Shown here in pieces: positions 1-9,623 of a stretch of DNA of 64,000 nt. This DNA comes from Alphaproteobacteria bacterium (GTDB taxonomy: Bacteria > Pseudomonadota > Alphaproteobacteria > SP197): assembly GCA_965228895.1 (NCBI GenBank), contig OZ245842.1:4032001-4096000 (forward strand), given 5' to 3'. The notes beneath the pieces were generated by a model. It was not told the origin of the DNA, did no database searches, and saw nothing but the letters and a program-made list of their open reading frames with translations. The translations under genes and the position numbers were made by a program. Numbering within the stretch: the first letter of the stretch is position 1; each line of letters opens with the position of its first letter.

Positions 1-9
1 GATCTGTAG

Positions 10-119
10 CGGCACCACCAGCCCACTCCCCCGCCCGGCCACCCCGAGGATGCTGCCATGGGTGGCCTCGGCGAAAACGCCTCTTGGCGTTTTGCCCCGG
101 AGGCGGGGGAGTGGGCTGG
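10..119. repeat. Palindromic REP/MITE-like element, family A, copy 1, with an extra internal hairpin
   Basis: Perfect 18-bp inverted repeat (18-35/102-119). Inner stems ggccaccc/gggtggcc and ggcgaaaacgcc-tctt-ggcgttttgcc. Near-identical inverted copy at 41176-41256. Confidence 0.85.
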
Positions 120-154
120 CCCCGGTACTGCGCCAGCGGGACGCGCACTAAACC

Positions 155-946
155 ATGGCGCGCCGTTCCCCGTTGATCACCGTCATGGCCGCGGCCGCCG
201 ACAAGGCGGCGCGCGCCCTTCTGCGCGACTTCAACGAGGTCGAGCACCTTCAGGTCAGCCGCAAGGGGCCGAACGACTTCGTCAGCGCCGCCGATATCCG
301 CGCCGAACAGACACTGAAGGAAGAACTGGCGCGCGCCAGGCCCAAGTTCGGCTTTCTGATGGAAGAAAGCGGCGCCAGCGGCAGCAGCGAAGAAGGCCGC
401 TGGATCGTCGATCCGCTCGACGGCACGCTCAACTTCCTGCATGCGCTACCCCATTTCTGTATCTCGATCGCGGCCGAACAGCATGGCGAGCTGGTCGCGG
501 GTGTCGTCTTCGACCCCCTGCGCGACGAGACGTTTTGGGCCGAGAAGGGCCAGGGCGCCTATGTCAATCACCGCCGCCTCAGGGTCACCAACCGGGACAA
601 GGTGGCGGAGTGCCTGATTGGCCACGGCCGCGCGGCAGCCGACGAAAAAGAGGCGGTCGACCGGTTCCTGACCCAGGTCAGCCGCGTCATGGCGCATACC
701 CGCGATGTCCGGCGTCTGGGCGTCGCAGCGCTCGATCTCGCCTATGTCGCCGCCGGTCGTCTGGACGGTTTCTGGGAAGAAAAGCTCTTTCCCTGGGATA
801 TCGCCGCCGGCGCCGTCCTGGTCCGCGAAGCCGGTGGCTACGTCAGCGGCGTCGACGGGCGTGATCTGGATCTCGAGCGCGGCGACGTTCTGGCCGCCAA
901 CCCCCGGCTTCACGGCGTCTTACACAAGGTTTTGGCCGGTCACTGA
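155..946 (+). CDS. suhB: Inositol monophosphatase family protein
   Basis: Motifs DFVSAAD, EES, WIVDPLDGTLNF, ALDLAYVAAGRLDGFWE, PWDIAAG. Confidence 0.93.
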   Translation: MARRSPLITVMAAAADKAARALLRDFNEVEHLQVSRKGPNDFVSAADIRAEQTLKEELARARPKFGFLMEESGASGSSEEGRWIVDPLDGTLNFLHALPHFCISIAAEQHGELVAGVVFDPLRDETFWAEKGQGAYVNHRRLRVTNRDKVAECLIGHGRAAADEKEAVDRFLTQVSRVMAHTRDVRRLGVAALDLAYVAAGRLDGFWEEKLFPWDIAAGAVLVREAGGYVSGVDGRDLDLERGDVLAANPRLHGVLHKVLAGH

Positions 947-1033
947 CGCATTGCCGCCCCAATCGGCTGTAACCGTGCCGTTGTTGTTCGCAGGCAAGAC
1001 GATGGTCTATGGTGCGGGCAACCCGACAGGCGG

Positions 1034-2092
1034 TTGAAACTGGCGATCAGGCACCCGAGCGACACCTTGAGCATGCTCCTTATTCCACACCGACTTCGAA
1101 CGCCGCTGAAAACCGCGGGCTTGGCGCTCGCCATGGCCGTACCGGCGGCCGCCCAGGCGCAGGAGACGGTGATCGTCGGCGAAACGACCAAACCGGCGGT
1201 CGAGATCAATCTGGGCGTCCTGGACAGCCTGGCGCCGGCGCCGGCCAACCCCTACCCGACACTCGATGAACCGGCTGTGTCGGCCGATCAAGGCAGCGTG
1301 CTGTTGATTGCGCCGTCGGATGGCTACGCGCCCAACCTGGTCGCCCCGTCAAGCGACACCTTCGCCATGCCCTCGGCCAGCGCCGAGATACCGCCATTGC
1401 CGGAAGCCTCGCCCGACAATGACGGCGCGCTGGCGCCGGAGGTCGTGCAAACAACCGTGACCGAAACCGCCGAGACGACAACCGCCGTCGTCGAGGAAAC
1501 AGTCGCCGAGGAGACCATGGTCGAAGAAACCATGGTTCAGGAACCCGTGGTTGAGGAGACGGTTACGGAGAGTGTCGAGCCAACCGAACTTGTCGCGGCA
1601 GCCGCGACGACCGATAGCGCGGCCGGCGACCTGGGCGGCGATGACAGCGATCCGTTCGCGGAAATCGAAGAAATGCTGAGCGAAGCCGAACAGGCCGACG
1701 AGGTCGTCGTGCCGGAGCCTGAAACAACGGTCGAAGAAACCGTTGTCGCCGCCGTGCCGGCCGAAAGCGAGGAGCCCGCCGGCGAAACCTTGCAGCTCCT
1801 GTTCCAACCCGGCGAAGAAGCGCTAAGCGACAGCGACAGGTCGGCACTGTCCGCGCTGGCGGACGACCTTGCGTCAGACGAGAACCAACGCATTCAATTG
1901 CGCGCCTATGCCTCGGCCCAGGACGGCACGTCCAGCATGGCGCGCCGGCTCGCCTTGTCACGCGCACTGGAGGTCAGGAAGTTCCTGATCGATAACGGGG
2001 TGCGCAGCACGCGCATCGACGTGCGCGCGCTCGGCGACAACGCGGAGTCCGGCCCGCTTGATCGCATCGACATCGTCCTGGTCGAACGTTGA
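1034..2092 (+). CDS. Exported protein with an acidic low-complexity linker and a C-terminal OmpA-like domain (start may be ATG 1073)
   Basis: Signal peptide ALAMAVPAAAQA, E/V/T-rich linker, C-terminal LFQPGEEAL...RRLALSRALEVRKFLIDNGV...RIDVRALG. Confidence 0.8.
   Translation: MKLAIRHPSDTLSMLLIPHRLRTPLKTAGLALAMAVPAAAQAQETVIVGETTKPAVEINLGVLDSLAPAPANPYPTLDEPAVSADQGSVLLIAPSDGYAPNLVAPSSDTFAMPSASAEIPPLPEASPDNDGALAPEVVQTTVTETAETTTAVVEETVAEETMVEETMVQEPVVEETVTESVEPTELVAAAATTDSAAGDLGGDDSDPFAEIEEMLSEAEQADEVVVPEPETTVEETVVAAVPAESEEPAGETLQLLFQPGEEALSDSDRSALSALADDLASDENQRIQLRAYASAQDGTSSMARRLALSRALEVRKFLIDNGVRSTRIDVRALGDNAESGPLDRIDIVLVER
1487..1561 (+). repeat. Degenerate 15-bp coding tandem repeat, 5 copies (VVEET-like)
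   Basis: gtcgtcgaggaaaca/gtcgccgaggagacc/atggtcgaagaaacc/atggttcaggaaccc/gtggttgaggagacg. Confidence 0.7.
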
Positions 2093-2156
2093 GGCGTTTG
2101 CGCGCACCATGCGGTTTCGCCTCTCAGCAACGTTTGCCTGACCGCCCCCGCCAGCG

Positions 2157-3299
2157 ATGACCCGTCCGACCCAATACCTTCTGCGCATGGCGATCTTCCT
2201 GGTCCTGGTCGCCGGTGTTGTCGTGCTGCTGCTTGGCTCATTCCTTGACGCGTTCCAGGCTAACTCGGCGCTTAACGGTCTGATCATTGGCGTCATGCTG
2301 CTCGGCATCATCTACATCTTCCGCCAGGTGCAGATGCTGTCGCCGGAGGTCGAGTGGATCGAGGGTTACCGCACCAACCGGCCAGGCCTCTCGACGCGCC
2401 AGCCGCCACGGCTTGTGTCGCCCATGGCGACCATGCTGGGCGAGAGCCAGAGCCGGGTCAGCCTGTCGACGCTCTCCATGCGTTCGATCCTGGACAGCAT
2501 CGGCTCACGTCTCGATGAATCGCGTGAGCTGTCGCGCTACCTCATCGCGCTGCTGATCTTTCTGGGTCTGCTCGGCACGTTCTGGGGCCTCCTGCAAACG
2601 ATTGGCGCGGTCGGCGATGTGGTTGGCGGCCTGTCGATTGCCGAAGGCGGTGATGTCGCCAACCTGTTCGGCGACCTGAAAGAAGGCCTCGCCGCGCCGC
2701 TATCGGGCATGGGCACAGCGTTCAGCTCCTCGCTGTTCGGTCTGGCCGGCTCGCTGGTGTTGGGTTTCCTGGACCTGCAGGCGAACCAGGCGCAGAACCG
2801 CTTCTATAACGAACTTGAGGAATGGCTGAGCTCGATCACGCGGCTGCAATCGGGCGCCGGCCTGATCGAGACCGATCAGTCAGTGCCGGCCTATGTCAGT
2901 GCGTTGCTGGAACAGACCGCCGACAGTCTGGACCGCCTGCAGCGTACCTTGACCCGGGGCGAGGAGAGCCGCCACGCCGCTGATCAGAATCTCGCCGCGC
3001 TATCGGATCAATTGGCGACGATGTCGGATCAGATGCGCAGCGAACAGGCGTTGATGGTGAAGCTGGTCGAAGGCCAGATCGACATGAAACCGGTGCTTGA
3101 GCGGCTGACCAATGTCAGCCAGCAGACCGGCGCGCTCGACGAAGCCAGCCGCGCCCATCTGCGCAACATGGATGTCCTGATGAGCCGCCTGCTCGAAGAG
3201 ACGGTCGCCAGCCGCAACCAGCTTGCCGACGAAATCCGCAGCGAGATCAAGCTGTTGGCCCGCACCATCGCGGCGGCCGGCAACCAGCAGAAAGGCTAG
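2157..3299 (+). CDS. MotA/TolQ/ExbB-family proton-channel protein with a long helical C-terminal tail
   Basis: Four hydrophobic segments, LGLLGTFWGL and GMGTAFSSSLFGL channel motifs, about 170-aa helical tail. Confidence 0.85.
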   Translation: MTRPTQYLLRMAIFLVLVAGVVVLLLGSFLDAFQANSALNGLIIGVMLLGIIYIFRQVQMLSPEVEWIEGYRTNRPGLSTRQPPRLVSPMATMLGESQSRVSLSTLSMRSILDSIGSRLDESRELSRYLIALLIFLGLLGTFWGLLQTIGAVGDVVGGLSIAEGGDVANLFGDLKEGLAAPLSGMGTAFSSSLFGLAGSLVLGFLDLQANQAQNRFYNELEEWLSSITRLQSGAGLIETDQSVPAYVSALLEQTADSLDRLQRTLTRGEESRHAADQNLAALSDQLATMSDQMRSEQALMVKLVEGQIDMKPVLERLTNVSQQTGALDEASRAHLRNMDVLMSRLLEETVASRNQLADEIRSEIKLLARTIAAAGNQQKG

Positions 3300-3374
3300 G
3301 CGGCGCCCATGACAGCGCTGTCACGGCTGTCCCGCGTCAACCACCACCCGCGCCCCTTGGGCGGCGGCTAAGCC

Positions 3375-4823
3375 ATGGCGATGCGCACACGGCGTGGCGG
3401 CACCACAACCGGCGACATCTGGCCCGGCTTCGTCGACGCGCTGTCGGCGCTTTTGATGGTGCTGATCTTCGTCCTCGTCGCCTTCATGCTCGCCCAGTTC
3501 TTCTTGAACGTCGCGATATCCGGGCGCGACGAGGCACTGGCCCGCCTGGAGTCCGAGATTTCCCAGCTTTCCGACATGCTGGCGCTGGAGCGGCAATCCA
3601 ATGCCGATCTCAGGCTCAGTGTCGCGCAACTTTCCGCCGAACTGCAGACGGCCAATAGTGCGCGCGACCAGTCGGACGCCGCACTGGCGGCGCTCTATCT
3701 GGAGCGTGATGGGCTGCTGGCAAGCTTGTCACAGGTGACCGAACAAGCCGAACTGGCCGAGGCCGATCTGGCTGACGCGATGGCCGAGATCACCATCGGC
3801 GAAGAAACTCTTGAACTCAAACTCGCCGAAATCGCCAGCCTGCAGCGCGATATCGTTGCCTTGACCGAAACCCGCGCGAGTCTGGAAGACGAGGTCGCGC
3901 GCATGGTGCTGTTGCTGGAGGAAGCGCGCGAGGATCAGGCGCGTACCGCCGAAGCGCTCGACGAAACCGAAGCCGAGGTCGCCGCCAGCCAAGAACGGAT
4001 TGACGCCCTGCTCGCCGACCTCACCGCCGAGCGCGACCGGACCATGGCGCTGGAGGCCGACATCGCATCCGCCGACGAGCGGACCGTGCTGGCCCAACGT
4101 GAACTGGAAGAGCGCGACATCCGACTCGCCGAACTGACCGCCGCCGTCACCATGACGGAGGAGGAGATCAAACAGGCAGAGGCCATCTCCGAGCGCCGTC
4201 TCAACCAGATCAGCCTGCTTAACCAGCAACTCCAGGCGCTCCGCCAGCAGATCGCCGCCCTGAACCAGGCCCTGGAAGCTTCCGAGGCCCAGGCCGAGGC
4301 TGACGCCGTGCAAATCGCCGATCTCGGCCAGCGGCTCAACGCCGCTCTGGCGGCCAAGGTTCAGGAACTCGCGCAGTACCGCAGCGAGTTCTTCGAAAAA
4401 CTGATCAACGCGCTGGGCAACCGGCCGGACATCCGCGTCGTCGGCGACCGTTTCGTTCTGCAATCCGAGCTTCTGTTCGACAGCGGCAGCGCGGAGATCG
4501 CGCCCGAAGGCCAGGCCGAGCTCGACAAGATCGCCAACCTGATCATTGAGCTGACGCAAGACATCCCGAGCGACGTCAAGTGGATCCTGCGCGTCGACGG
4601 CCATACCGACCGGGTGCCCATTGCAACCGCGCTCTATCCATCGAACTGGGAACTCAGCACGGCGCGCGCCACCGCGGTCGTGCGTTACCTGATCAGCCAC
4701 GGCGTGCCGTCCAACCGGCTGGCCGCCACCGGCTTCGGCGAGTACCAGCCGATCGATCCAGCCAATGACGAGATCGCGCTGCGGCGCAACCGCCGCATCG
4801 AGTTCAAGCTGACTGAACAGTAA
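3375..4823 (+). CDS. MotB-like peptidoglycan-binding protein (TM Asp, long coiled coil, OmpA domain)
   Basis: WPGFVDALSALLMV transmembrane helix, about 290-aa heptad-rich region, DGHTD...NWELSTARA...NRRIE. Confidence 0.88.
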   Translation: MAMRTRRGGTTTGDIWPGFVDALSALLMVLIFVLVAFMLAQFFLNVAISGRDEALARLESEISQLSDMLALERQSNADLRLSVAQLSAELQTANSARDQSDAALAALYLERDGLLASLSQVTEQAELAEADLADAMAEITIGEETLELKLAEIASLQRDIVALTETRASLEDEVARMVLLLEEAREDQARTAEALDETEAEVAASQERIDALLADLTAERDRTMALEADIASADERTVLAQRELEERDIRLAELTAAVTMTEEEIKQAEAISERRLNQISLLNQQLQALRQQIAALNQALEASEAQAEADAVQIADLGQRLNAALAAKVQELAQYRSEFFEKLINALGNRPDIRVVGDRFVLQSELLFDSGSAEIAPEGQAELDKIANLIIELTQDIPSDVKWILRVDGHTDRVPIATALYPSNWELSTARATAVVRYLISHGVPSNRLAATGFGEYQPIDPANDEIALRRNRRIEFKLTEQ

Positions 4824-4833
4824 GGAACTTGCT

Positions 4834-5694
4834 TTAGGCTCGCGCCGTCACAATCCAGGTAGCGGCGCTCAAACGCAACGCCTGGCCGTCGTGATGGGAA
4901 GCCAGGGCGTCGCGGATCTCGTCGATCGCCCGTTCCCGCACGTCGCCCTCAGCCTCGTCCAACAGCCGCGATACCGGCCCCATGGTGGCGACAAACTCGG
5001 TGACTTCATCCAGGCTGCCGATATTGCGCACCTTTGTGTCGTAACGTTCAAGGACGATGCCGTGAAAGCCGGCGTCACGCAGGATGTCGGTGACCTTGTC
5101 GGCGCTGGCAAAGGCAAACGGACCGGGCTCGTCAGGGTTGATCGGTTCGGGCGCCGGCAGATGTTTGAGTGCAGCTTCGCGCGGCAGGCTGACCCACATG
5201 TTCTGGTCAAGTCCCCGCCAACACACAAAACCAAGCCGGCCGACCGGGCCAAGGGCCGACCTCAGGTTGGCGAAGGCGTCGACGGGGTTGCGGAAGAACA
5301 TGACGCCGAAGCGCGAGAACACGACATCGGTTGCTTCAGGTTCGAAACCAAAGGCCGACGCATCCGCCATGGCGAACCGAAGGTTGCCGAGCGCGGCATC
5401 GCCGAGCCGCTCGCCGGCGCGCTGCAGCATGGGCGCGGAGACATCGACGCCCAGAACGCTGCCCATCGGCCCGACACGCGACGCCAGCTCGAACGACGTA
5501 TCGCCACAGCCGCAGCCGACATCGACAACGTGGTCGCCCGGCTTCAGGTCGACGGCCTCCATGGCCGCCTTGCCGAACGGCGCCAGCATGACGTCCAGTT
5601 TGTCCTGGCCCGCGGCCCATTTCTCACCGGTTTGACCACTCCAGTAGTCGACCTGGTCGGCATTGACATCCGCCACGGAAACCTGCTGATCCAT
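4834..5694 (-). CDS. Class I SAM-dependent methyltransferase
   Basis: VVDVGCGCG, GVDVS, FSRFGVMFF motifs. Start could be 5709. Confidence 0.88.
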   Translation of the reverse strand: MDQQVSVADVNADQVDYWSGQTGEKWAAGQDKLDVMLAPFGKAAMEAVDLKPGDHVVDVGCGCGDTSFELASRVGPMGSVLGVDVSAPMLQRAGERLGDAALGNLRFAMADASAFGFEPEATDVVFSRFGVMFFRNPVDAFANLRSALGPVGRLGFVCWRGLDQNMWVSLPREAALKHLPAPEPINPDEPGPFAFASADKVTDILRDAGFHGIVLERYDTKVRNIGSLDEVTEFVATMGPVSRLLDEAEGDVRERAIDEIRDALASHHDGQALRLSAATWIVTARA

Positions 5695-5816
5695 TGTCTT
5701 CCCCAACATGGTGTCGCGCCGATCGGCGCGCTCTATTCGGTGATGGTTCGAACGGAATCATGTCATTAGCATGGCTGATACCATTGACCCGTTCATTTTC
5801 GTGCGAGGACAAGATC

Positions 5817-7277
5817 GTGCGCCTATTCGCCGCCGGACTCGGCACCGAAACCAACACATTTGCACCCTTTCCCACGTCGCGTGCCGGCTTCGAGGCCGGC
5901 GAATTCTTTCCGCCCGGCACCCATCCCGACGAACCCAGTTTTTCCGGCGCGCCGCTATGGGCCGCGCGCCGCCGCGCCCGTGGGAACAATTGGGTCGTGG
6001 TCGAGGGGCTGTGCACCATGGCGGAGCCGTCGGGCATCACTGTGCGTTCGGCCTATGAATCCCTGCGCGACGAGATCCTCGATCAACTGAAGGCTGCCCT
6101 GCCGGTCGACGTCGTCGCCCTTGGCATGCATGGCGCGATGGTGGCGGAAGGATACGACGATTGCGAAGGCGACCTTCTGGCATGCGTGCGCGAGGTGGTC
6201 GGTCCGGACGTCGCGGTCGGCGCGGAGCTCGACCTGCACTGTCACATCACCGAGAAGATGATCGCCGCGGCCGATATCCTGATCACCTACAAAGAATATC
6301 CGCACACCGACAGCACCGCGCGTGCCGAGGAGCTGATCGAGCTTCTGGTTCGGACCGCCAGCGGCGACGTGCGACCGCATATGTCGCTCTATGACTGCGG
6401 CATGATCGGCATCATGCACACGCCGCGCGAGCCCATGCGGTCTTATGTCGACCGTGCCGCCGCCCTGGAAGGCAAGGATGGTGTCCTGTCCGTTTCGATC
6501 GGCCATGGTTTCCCTTGGGGCGATGTCGCGGACATGGGAAGCCGTGTGCTTGTGATTACCGATGATGCCGCTGACAAGGGTGACAACCTCGCCTGCACGC
6601 TGGGCGAGGAACTCGTCGCCATGCGCGACAACACCGCACCGCAGCCGCTTCCTATCGACGATGCCTTGGATGCCGCGCTCGCCAGCGCAGCCAAGCCCGT
6701 CGTGCTGGCCGATGTCTCCGACAACGCGGGCGGCGGCGCGCCCGGCGACTCGACCTTTCTGATCGACGCGCTGCGCAAGCGGAACATCGGCAACACAGCC
6801 GTCGGACCCCTATGGGATCCGATCGCCGTGGCGACCTGTTTCGATGCCGGCGAAGGCGCCAACCTGCCGCTTCGTTTCGGCGGCAAGATGTGTCCACTCT
6901 CGGGGCAGCCTGTCGATGCCGAGGTCACTGTCGGCGCGCTGACACGCCAGGCCGTCCAGCATTTGGGCGACACGCCATCGCCGCTGGGCGACTGCGCCGC
7001 CATCCATTTCGACGGCATCTCGGTCGTGTTGACCAGTATTCGGACCCAGGCCTATAGCCCCGATCTCTTCACCCAGGTCGGCATCGACCCCGCGGCGCTC
7101 GACATCGTCATCGTCAAGTCGACCCAGCACTTCTATACGGCCTTCGCACCGCTTGCCGCCGAGGTCATCTATGTCGCGGCGCCGGGTGTCGTCGCGCCCG
7201 ACTTCACCGCCCTCACCTACACGAAGATCGCCCGGCCCAAGTGGCCGTTCGACGAAATCGACACACCGCAAGGTTAG
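5817..7277 (+). CDS. M81 family metallopeptidase (MlrC-like)
   Basis: ETNTF, MHGAM, DLHCH, YPHTD, DNAGGG, VKSTQHF. GTG start with a GAGGA RBS. Confidence 0.88.
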   Translation: MRLFAAGLGTETNTFAPFPTSRAGFEAGEFFPPGTHPDEPSFSGAPLWAARRRARGNNWVVVEGLCTMAEPSGITVRSAYESLRDEILDQLKAALPVDVVALGMHGAMVAEGYDDCEGDLLACVREVVGPDVAVGAELDLHCHITEKMIAAADILITYKEYPHTDSTARAEELIELLVRTASGDVRPHMSLYDCGMIGIMHTPREPMRSYVDRAAALEGKDGVLSVSIGHGFPWGDVADMGSRVLVITDDAADKGDNLACTLGEELVAMRDNTAPQPLPIDDALDAALASAAKPVVLADVSDNAGGGAPGDSTFLIDALRKRNIGNTAVGPLWDPIAVATCFDAGEGANLPLRFGGKMCPLSGQPVDAEVTVGALTRQAVQHLGDTPSPLGDCAAIHFDGISVVLTSIRTQAYSPDLFTQVGIDPAALDIVIVKSTQHFYTAFAPLAAEVIYVAAPGVVAPDFTALTYTKIARPKWPFDEIDTPQG

Positions 7278-7284
7278 TTGCGCC

Positions 7285-8799
7285 CTACCAGTCGACGCTG
7301 GAGAAATCCGCAGCCTCGGTGAAGAGTCGGCAATCCGGCGTTTGAAGCGCAGCCGGATCGGGGTCGTCGAAGAACGCCGCCACGAGGTCACCGGCGCAGC
7401 GGTCGGCTGCGCTCGGCACGTGGCCCGCGCCCAAAAACTCGAAGTGGCGGCTGTTCGCGAGGTAACCGGCGGCGGCGTCGCCCCAATCGGGCGGGGTCAC
7501 CGGGTCGTAGGCGCCACTTAGAAGCAGCGCGGGCACGTCCGATACGACGGGCTCCCACTCTGCCGGATCCGACGGCGGCACCGGCCAGTTATCGCAGATA
7601 TCGTTGGTCATGATCGTGCCGCCGGCCATGGCGTAGACGCCGTATTTTTCGATTTCCTTGGCAACCACGTCGTCGCGAATGCGCGGCCTCTCCTCCCGGC
7701 ATGTCACCGACAGGAAGGCACCTTCGTCCAGCGACCAGTCGGCGAAGAAGGGATACCAGTAGAACCAGCCGAGACCGGAAAGGTCATAGTTCAGCGCGTC
7801 GTCAACCAGCGCCGGCACATAGGGGATGGCTTCGCCGTAATAGAGGGCGTCATACATGTGAAAGATCAAGAGGTCGCCGTCGACCACGGCCTTGGAACCG
7901 ATCGGCCAACGCACGTCGTCGACGGTGATAGGCTGCGGTTTCTCGTTGAGCGATACCAGCAGTTCGGCGAAACGCTCACCTATGTCACCGTAAGCTTTGC
8001 TGCACCAGGTATCGCGCGCGCAGTCGTCGAAGATGCGGGTGAACGCGCGATGAGTCGCCCATGGCGCCTGTTCGTCGGCGCGGACATGCGGCGGGTAGAC
8101 GCCGTCCAGAACCACCGAGCGAACGAGGTCGCCATGCCGGCGCAACATCACCAACGCCACCCGTGTACCATAGGACATGCCCCACAGGTTGGCTTGTTCG
8201 TAGCCGAGTGCGGTGATGATCAGCGCCAGGTCGTCGGCGTTCGCCGGTGTCGAGAAACTCGCGAGATCGATGCCGTCGGCAACCAGGCGATCATAGCAAA
8301 GACCGATCTCGACCCGCTCACGATCGAAAAACGGCACCTCAACACCCGGCGGCGACGTCGCCGACGCGGCCCGCTGGTCGGCTTCGAAACAGTTCAGCGC
8401 CGGCTCAGCCAGACCGACACCACGCTGGTCGTAGATCACGACGTCACGGGTCTCGCGCACGGGGGCGGTCATGTCCCATAGAAAATCGGTGTTCACCTGT
8501 TCGGGATAGGCGCTGTGAAAAAACGAGGCACCCGGCCCGCCCTGGATCACGATGACAGGGTCGTCGGCCGGGTTGGGACCCCTGGCCTTTAGAACAGCGA
8601 CCGGCAGACGGTAAAAGTGCGACGACGCATCATCGTCGCTGTAGACGGGGACGCGAACACGGTAACAGTCCGCCGCCTCGCCCGGCGGCACATCGAACCA
8701 GCAGGGTACCTTCACCGCCGCAGCGGTGGCCGTCCGCATTGCCGCACTCACCACGACCACGATCAGCGCGAACGCAAACACCGATAACCAACGCACCAT
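7285..8799 (-). CDS. Secreted alpha/beta hydrolase (TAP-like peptidase)
   Basis: Signal peptide, GGPG, DQRGVG, GMSYG nucleophile, YDPVTP, GHV. Confidence 0.85.
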   Translation of the reverse strand: MVRWLSVFAFALIVVVVSAAMRTATAAAVKVPCWFDVPPGEAADCYRVRVPVYSDDDASSHFYRLPVAVLKARGPNPADDPVIVIQGGPGASFFHSAYPEQVNTDFLWDMTAPVRETRDVVIYDQRGVGLAEPALNCFEADQRAASATSPPGVEVPFFDRERVEIGLCYDRLVADGIDLASFSTPANADDLALIITALGYEQANLWGMSYGTRVALVMLRRHGDLVRSVVLDGVYPPHVRADEQAPWATHRAFTRIFDDCARDTWCSKAYGDIGERFAELLVSLNEKPQPITVDDVRWPIGSKAVVDGDLLIFHMYDALYYGEAIPYVPALVDDALNYDLSGLGWFYWYPFFADWSLDEGAFLSVTCREERPRIRDDVVAKEIEKYGVYAMAGGTIMTNDICDNWPVPPSDPAEWEPVVSDVPALLLSGAYDPVTPPDWGDAAAGYLANSRHFEFLGAGHVPSAADRCAGDLVAAFFDDPDPAALQTPDCRLFTEAADFSSVDW

Positions 8800-8872
8800 A
8801 TTGCACCCTTCCGCGCTGCCACGTGCTATGACTGATCCAGATAGAGAGTAACATCGGTCGGGGTGCATCGAC

Positions 8873-9598
8873 ATGCAAAGGGTTGCTTTGGTTACCGGCG
8901 GATCACGCGGCATCGGGCGCGGGATCGCCATTGCGCTCGACAAGGCGGGCTACCGTGTCGCCGCCAACTACCGCAGCAACGAGGAAGCAGCGGCGTCACT
9001 CGCCGCCGAGACGGGCGTCAAGACCTATGCCTGGGACGTCGCCGACTACGATGCCTGCCAGAAGGGCGTCGCCCAGGTCACCGCCGATCTGGGACCGGTC
9101 GAAATCCTGGTCAACAACGCCGGCATTTCGCCGGACAAGTTCATGCACAAGATGGCGCCTGAGGTCTGGCGCCAGGTCATCGATACCAACCTGAACGCCG
9201 CCTTCAACATGTCACATCAGGTCATCAAGCCGATGCGCGACGCCGGCTTTGGTCGCATCATCAACGTTGCGTCGTTGTCGGCCTTTGCGCCCAACTATGG
9301 CGAGACCGCCTATGGCGCGGCCAAGGGTGCCATGGTCAGCTTCACCAAGGCGCTTGCCAAGGAAAGCGCGACCAAGGGCGTGACCGTCAACGCGATTGCG
9401 CCCGGTTACATCGACACCGACATGATCCGCGTGGCGCCCCAGGAGTTCCTCGACGACCTCGTCCAGAACCAGATCCTGGTCGGGCGCCTCGGCCGGGTCG
9501 AGGATGTCGCGCGCTGCGTGCTGTTTCTGGCCGCTGATGACGCCGACTTCATCACCGGGGCCACCATCGACGTCAACGGCGGTCAGGTGATGCGCTAA
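8873..9598 (+). CDS. SDR oxidoreductase, acetoacetyl-CoA reductase (PhbB)/FabG-like
   Basis: TGGSRGIG, NNAG, YGAAK, NAIAPG. Confidence 0.88.
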   Translation: MQRVALVTGGSRGIGRGIAIALDKAGYRVAANYRSNEEAAASLAAETGVKTYAWDVADYDACQKGVAQVTADLGPVEILVNNAGISPDKFMHKMAPEVWRQVIDTNLNAAFNMSHQVIKPMRDAGFGRIINVASLSAFAPNYGETAYGAAKGAMVSFTKALAKESATKGVTVNAIAPGYIDTDMIRVAPQEFLDDLVQNQILVGRLGRVEDVARCVLFLAADDADFITGATIDVNGGQVMR

Positions 9599-9623
9599 GG
9601 CGTGCGCTCAATGCTCACTGGGA

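Noticed and set aside
2157-4823. Complete Zorya defence system or flagellar motAB
   Set aside because: No zorC/D/E or flagellar genes nearby; the context is core genome.
5694-5816. Long N-terminal extensions in the ORF track (also at 8943, 11731, 23106, 23768, 26133, 34324, 39943, 41956, 50268)
   Set aside because: They overlap neighbouring genes or precede the RBS and the family-typical start, so the starts were trimmed.
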